DNA of 64,000 nt, taken from positions 186,001 to 250,000 of the forward strand of contig NW_026781355.1 of the NCBI RefSeq assembly GCF_030144855.1, given 5' to 3'. The translations under genes and the position numbers were made by a program. The notes under the pieces are model-generated. The model was not told where the DNA came from and searched no databases. It was given only the letters and a program-made list of their open reading frames with translations. Positions 61,531 through 64,000 of this stretch are shown piece after piece. The DNA is from Hypanus sabinus (Eukaryota). Each line of letters begins with the position of its first letter. Positions within the stretch are counted from its first letter, which is position 1.

Positions 61531-63925
61531 TCAGGAGGATTTAAACTAATGTGGCAGGGGGATGGGAACAAGTGCAGAGAGACAGAGAGGAGTAAAGTGA
61601 GGGTAGAAGCAAAAAGTAGTAAGGTGAAAAGTAAACGTGGCAGACAGGCAAATCCAGGGCAAAAATCAAAAAGGGCCACTTTTCAACATAATTGTATAAG
61701 GGCTAAGAATGTGGTAAAAACAAGCCTGAAGGCTTTGTGTGTCAATGCGAGGAGCATTCGTAACAAAGTGGATGAATTGAATGTGCAGATAGTTATTCAT
61801 GAATATGATATAGTTGGGATCACAGAGACATAGCTCCAGGGTGAACAAGGGATGCGGGATGGTTTTCTGAACCAACATGTTGAGGAACCAACTAGAGACT
61901 AGGCCATTCTAGACTGGGTATTGAGCAATGAGGAAGGGTTAGTTAGCAATCTTGTCGTGCGAGACTCCTTGGGTAAGAGAAAAAGCAGCACGTCTGAGCA
62001 CTGGGAGAAACTCAGAGTCCAGCAGAGGAGGACAAAGGGCTTAATTAGGAAAAGGGAAAAAAGATTATGAGTGAAAGCTGGCAGGGAACATAAAAACTGA
62101 CTGTAAAATCTTTTATTGATATGCGAAAAGAAAAAGATTGGTTAAGACAAATATAGGTCCCTTACAGTCAGAAACAGTCATGGGGAACAAGGACATGGCA
62201 GACCAATTGAATAACTACTTTGGTTCTGTCTTCAATAAGGAGGACATAAATAATCTTCCGGAAATAGTAGGGGGCCGAGGGTCGAGTGAGATGGAGGAAC
62301 TGAGGGAAATACATGTTAGTAGGGAAGTGGTGTTAGGTAAATTGAAGGGATTAAAGGCAGATAAGTCTCTCGGGCCAGATGGTCTTTATCCCAGAGTACT
62401 TAAGGAAGTAGCCCAAGAAATAACAGATGCATTACTGATAATTTTTCAAAACCCTTTAGATTCTGGATTAGTTCCTGAGGATTGGAGGGTGGCTAATGTA
62501 ACCCCACTTTTTAAAAAAGGAGGGAGAGAGAAACTGGGGAATTATAGACCGGTTAGCCTGACATCGGTGTGGGGGGAAAATGCTAGAGTTGGTTATGAAA
62601 GATGTGATAACAGCACATTTGGAAAGCGGTGAAATCATCAGACAAAGTCAGCACAGATTTGTGAAAGGTAAATCTTATAGAACCTTTTGAGGATGTAACT
62701 AGTAGAGTGGATGGGGAGAACCAGTGGATGTGGTATATTTGGATTTTCAAAAGGCTTTTGACAAGGTCCCACACAGGAGATTAGTGTGCAAACTTAAAGC
62801 ACACAGTATTGGCGGTATGGCATTGATGTGGATAGAGTATTGGTTGGCAGACAGGAAGCAAACTGTGGGAATAAACAGGACCTTTTCAGAATGGCAGGCA
62901 GTGACTAGTGGGGTACCGCAAGGCTCAGTGCTGGGACCCCAGTTGTTTACAATATATATTAATGATTTAGACAAGGGAATTAAATGCAGCATCTCCAAGT
63001 TTGCGGATGACACGAAGCTGGGCGGCAGTGTTACTTGTGAGCAGGATGCTAAGAGGATGCAGGGTGACTTGGATAGGTTAGGTGAGTGGGCAAATTCATG
63101 GCAGATGCAATTTAATGTGGATAAATGTGCAGTTATCCACTTTGGTGGCAAGAACAGGAAAACAGATTATTATCTGAATGGTGGCCGATTAGGAAAAGGG
63201 GAGGTGCAACGAGACCTGGGTGTCATTGTACACCAGTCATTGAAGGTGGGCATGCAGGTACAGCAGGTGGTGAAAAAGGCAAATAGTATGTTGGCATTCA
63301 TAGCAAGAGGATTCTAGTACAGGAGCAGTGGGGTTCTACTGTAGTTGTACAAGGCCTTGGTGAGACCACACCTGGAGTATTGTGAGCAGTTTTGGTCCCC
63401 TAATCTGAGGAAAGACATTCTTGCCAGAGAGGGAGTACAGAGGAGGTTCACCAGATTGGTTCCTGGGATGGCAGGACTTTTATATGAAGAAAGACTGGAT
63501 CGACTAGGCTTATACTCACTGGAATTTAGAAGATTGAGAGGGGATCTTATTGAAACATATAATATTCTAAAGGGATTGGACAGGCTAGATGCAGGAAGAT
63601 TGTTCCTGATGTTGGGGAAGTCCAGAACGAGGGGTCACAGCTTGAGGATAAAGGGGAAGCATTTTAGGACCAAGATGAGGAAAAACTTCTTCATACAGAG
63701 AGTGGTGAATCTGCAGAATTCTCTGCCACAGGAAACCGCTGAGGCCAGTTCATTGGCTATATTTAAGAGGGAGTTAGATACGCCCTTGTGGCTAAAGGGA
63801 TCAGGGGGTATAGAGAGAAAGCAGGTACAGGGTTCTGAGTTGGATGATCAGCCATGATCATACTGAATGGCGGTGCAGGCTCGAAGGGCCGAATGGCCTA
63901 CTCCTGCACCTATTTTCTCTGTTTC
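61530..63925 (+). mobile_element. Internally deleted CR1 LINE with RT and 3' end
   Basis: CVNARSIRNKVDEL; LKADKSLGPDG...NYRPVSLTS; DFQKAFDKVPH, SKFADDTK; YKALVRPHLEYC. Confidence 0.92.
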
Positions 63926-64000
63926 TTATTCACGGGACAGACTCAGACACAGGATAGAAAGCATTGAGCATGGAATCCTCCTTAGGCACTGGACAGAGTC

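Overview
Vertebrate, very probably elasmobranch (ray/shark-type) genomic DNA, judged from dense CR1-type LINEs, HE1/V-SINE-like repeats, Rex1/Babar fragments and Penelope-like elements. It has two main parts. (1) 1-~19,400 is a large imperfect inverted structure. A 31-bp tandem array sits at both ends (1-7860 on +, ~18,100-19,405 on -). Between them are two convergent, decayed copies of one retrovirus-like LTR element. The left copy keeps gag, part of RT and integrase. The right copy keeps gag, protease, RT and two RNase H domains. Both share the same nested insertions, so this is a DNA-level inverted duplication of an already dead provirus. (2) ~37,050-59,200 holds a five-exon immune-type receptor gene on +, buried in transposon debris: signal peptide, two V-type Ig domains, a transmembrane helix with a lysine and a very short tail. 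All four junctions are in frame with GT-AG sites (about 320 aa). It resembles an activating, adaptor-coupled Siglec-15/PILR-like receptor. Two divergent copies of its first Ig exon flank a 152-N gap. The rest is nested TEs, including a solo LTR with a 5-bp TSD, a 3'-truncated L1 with an 11-bp TSD, and Penelope-type hammerhead ribozyme motifs. No CRISPR, rRNA or genuine tRNA gene was seen. Many TE boundaries are approximate and family assignments come from motif recognition, not database searches.
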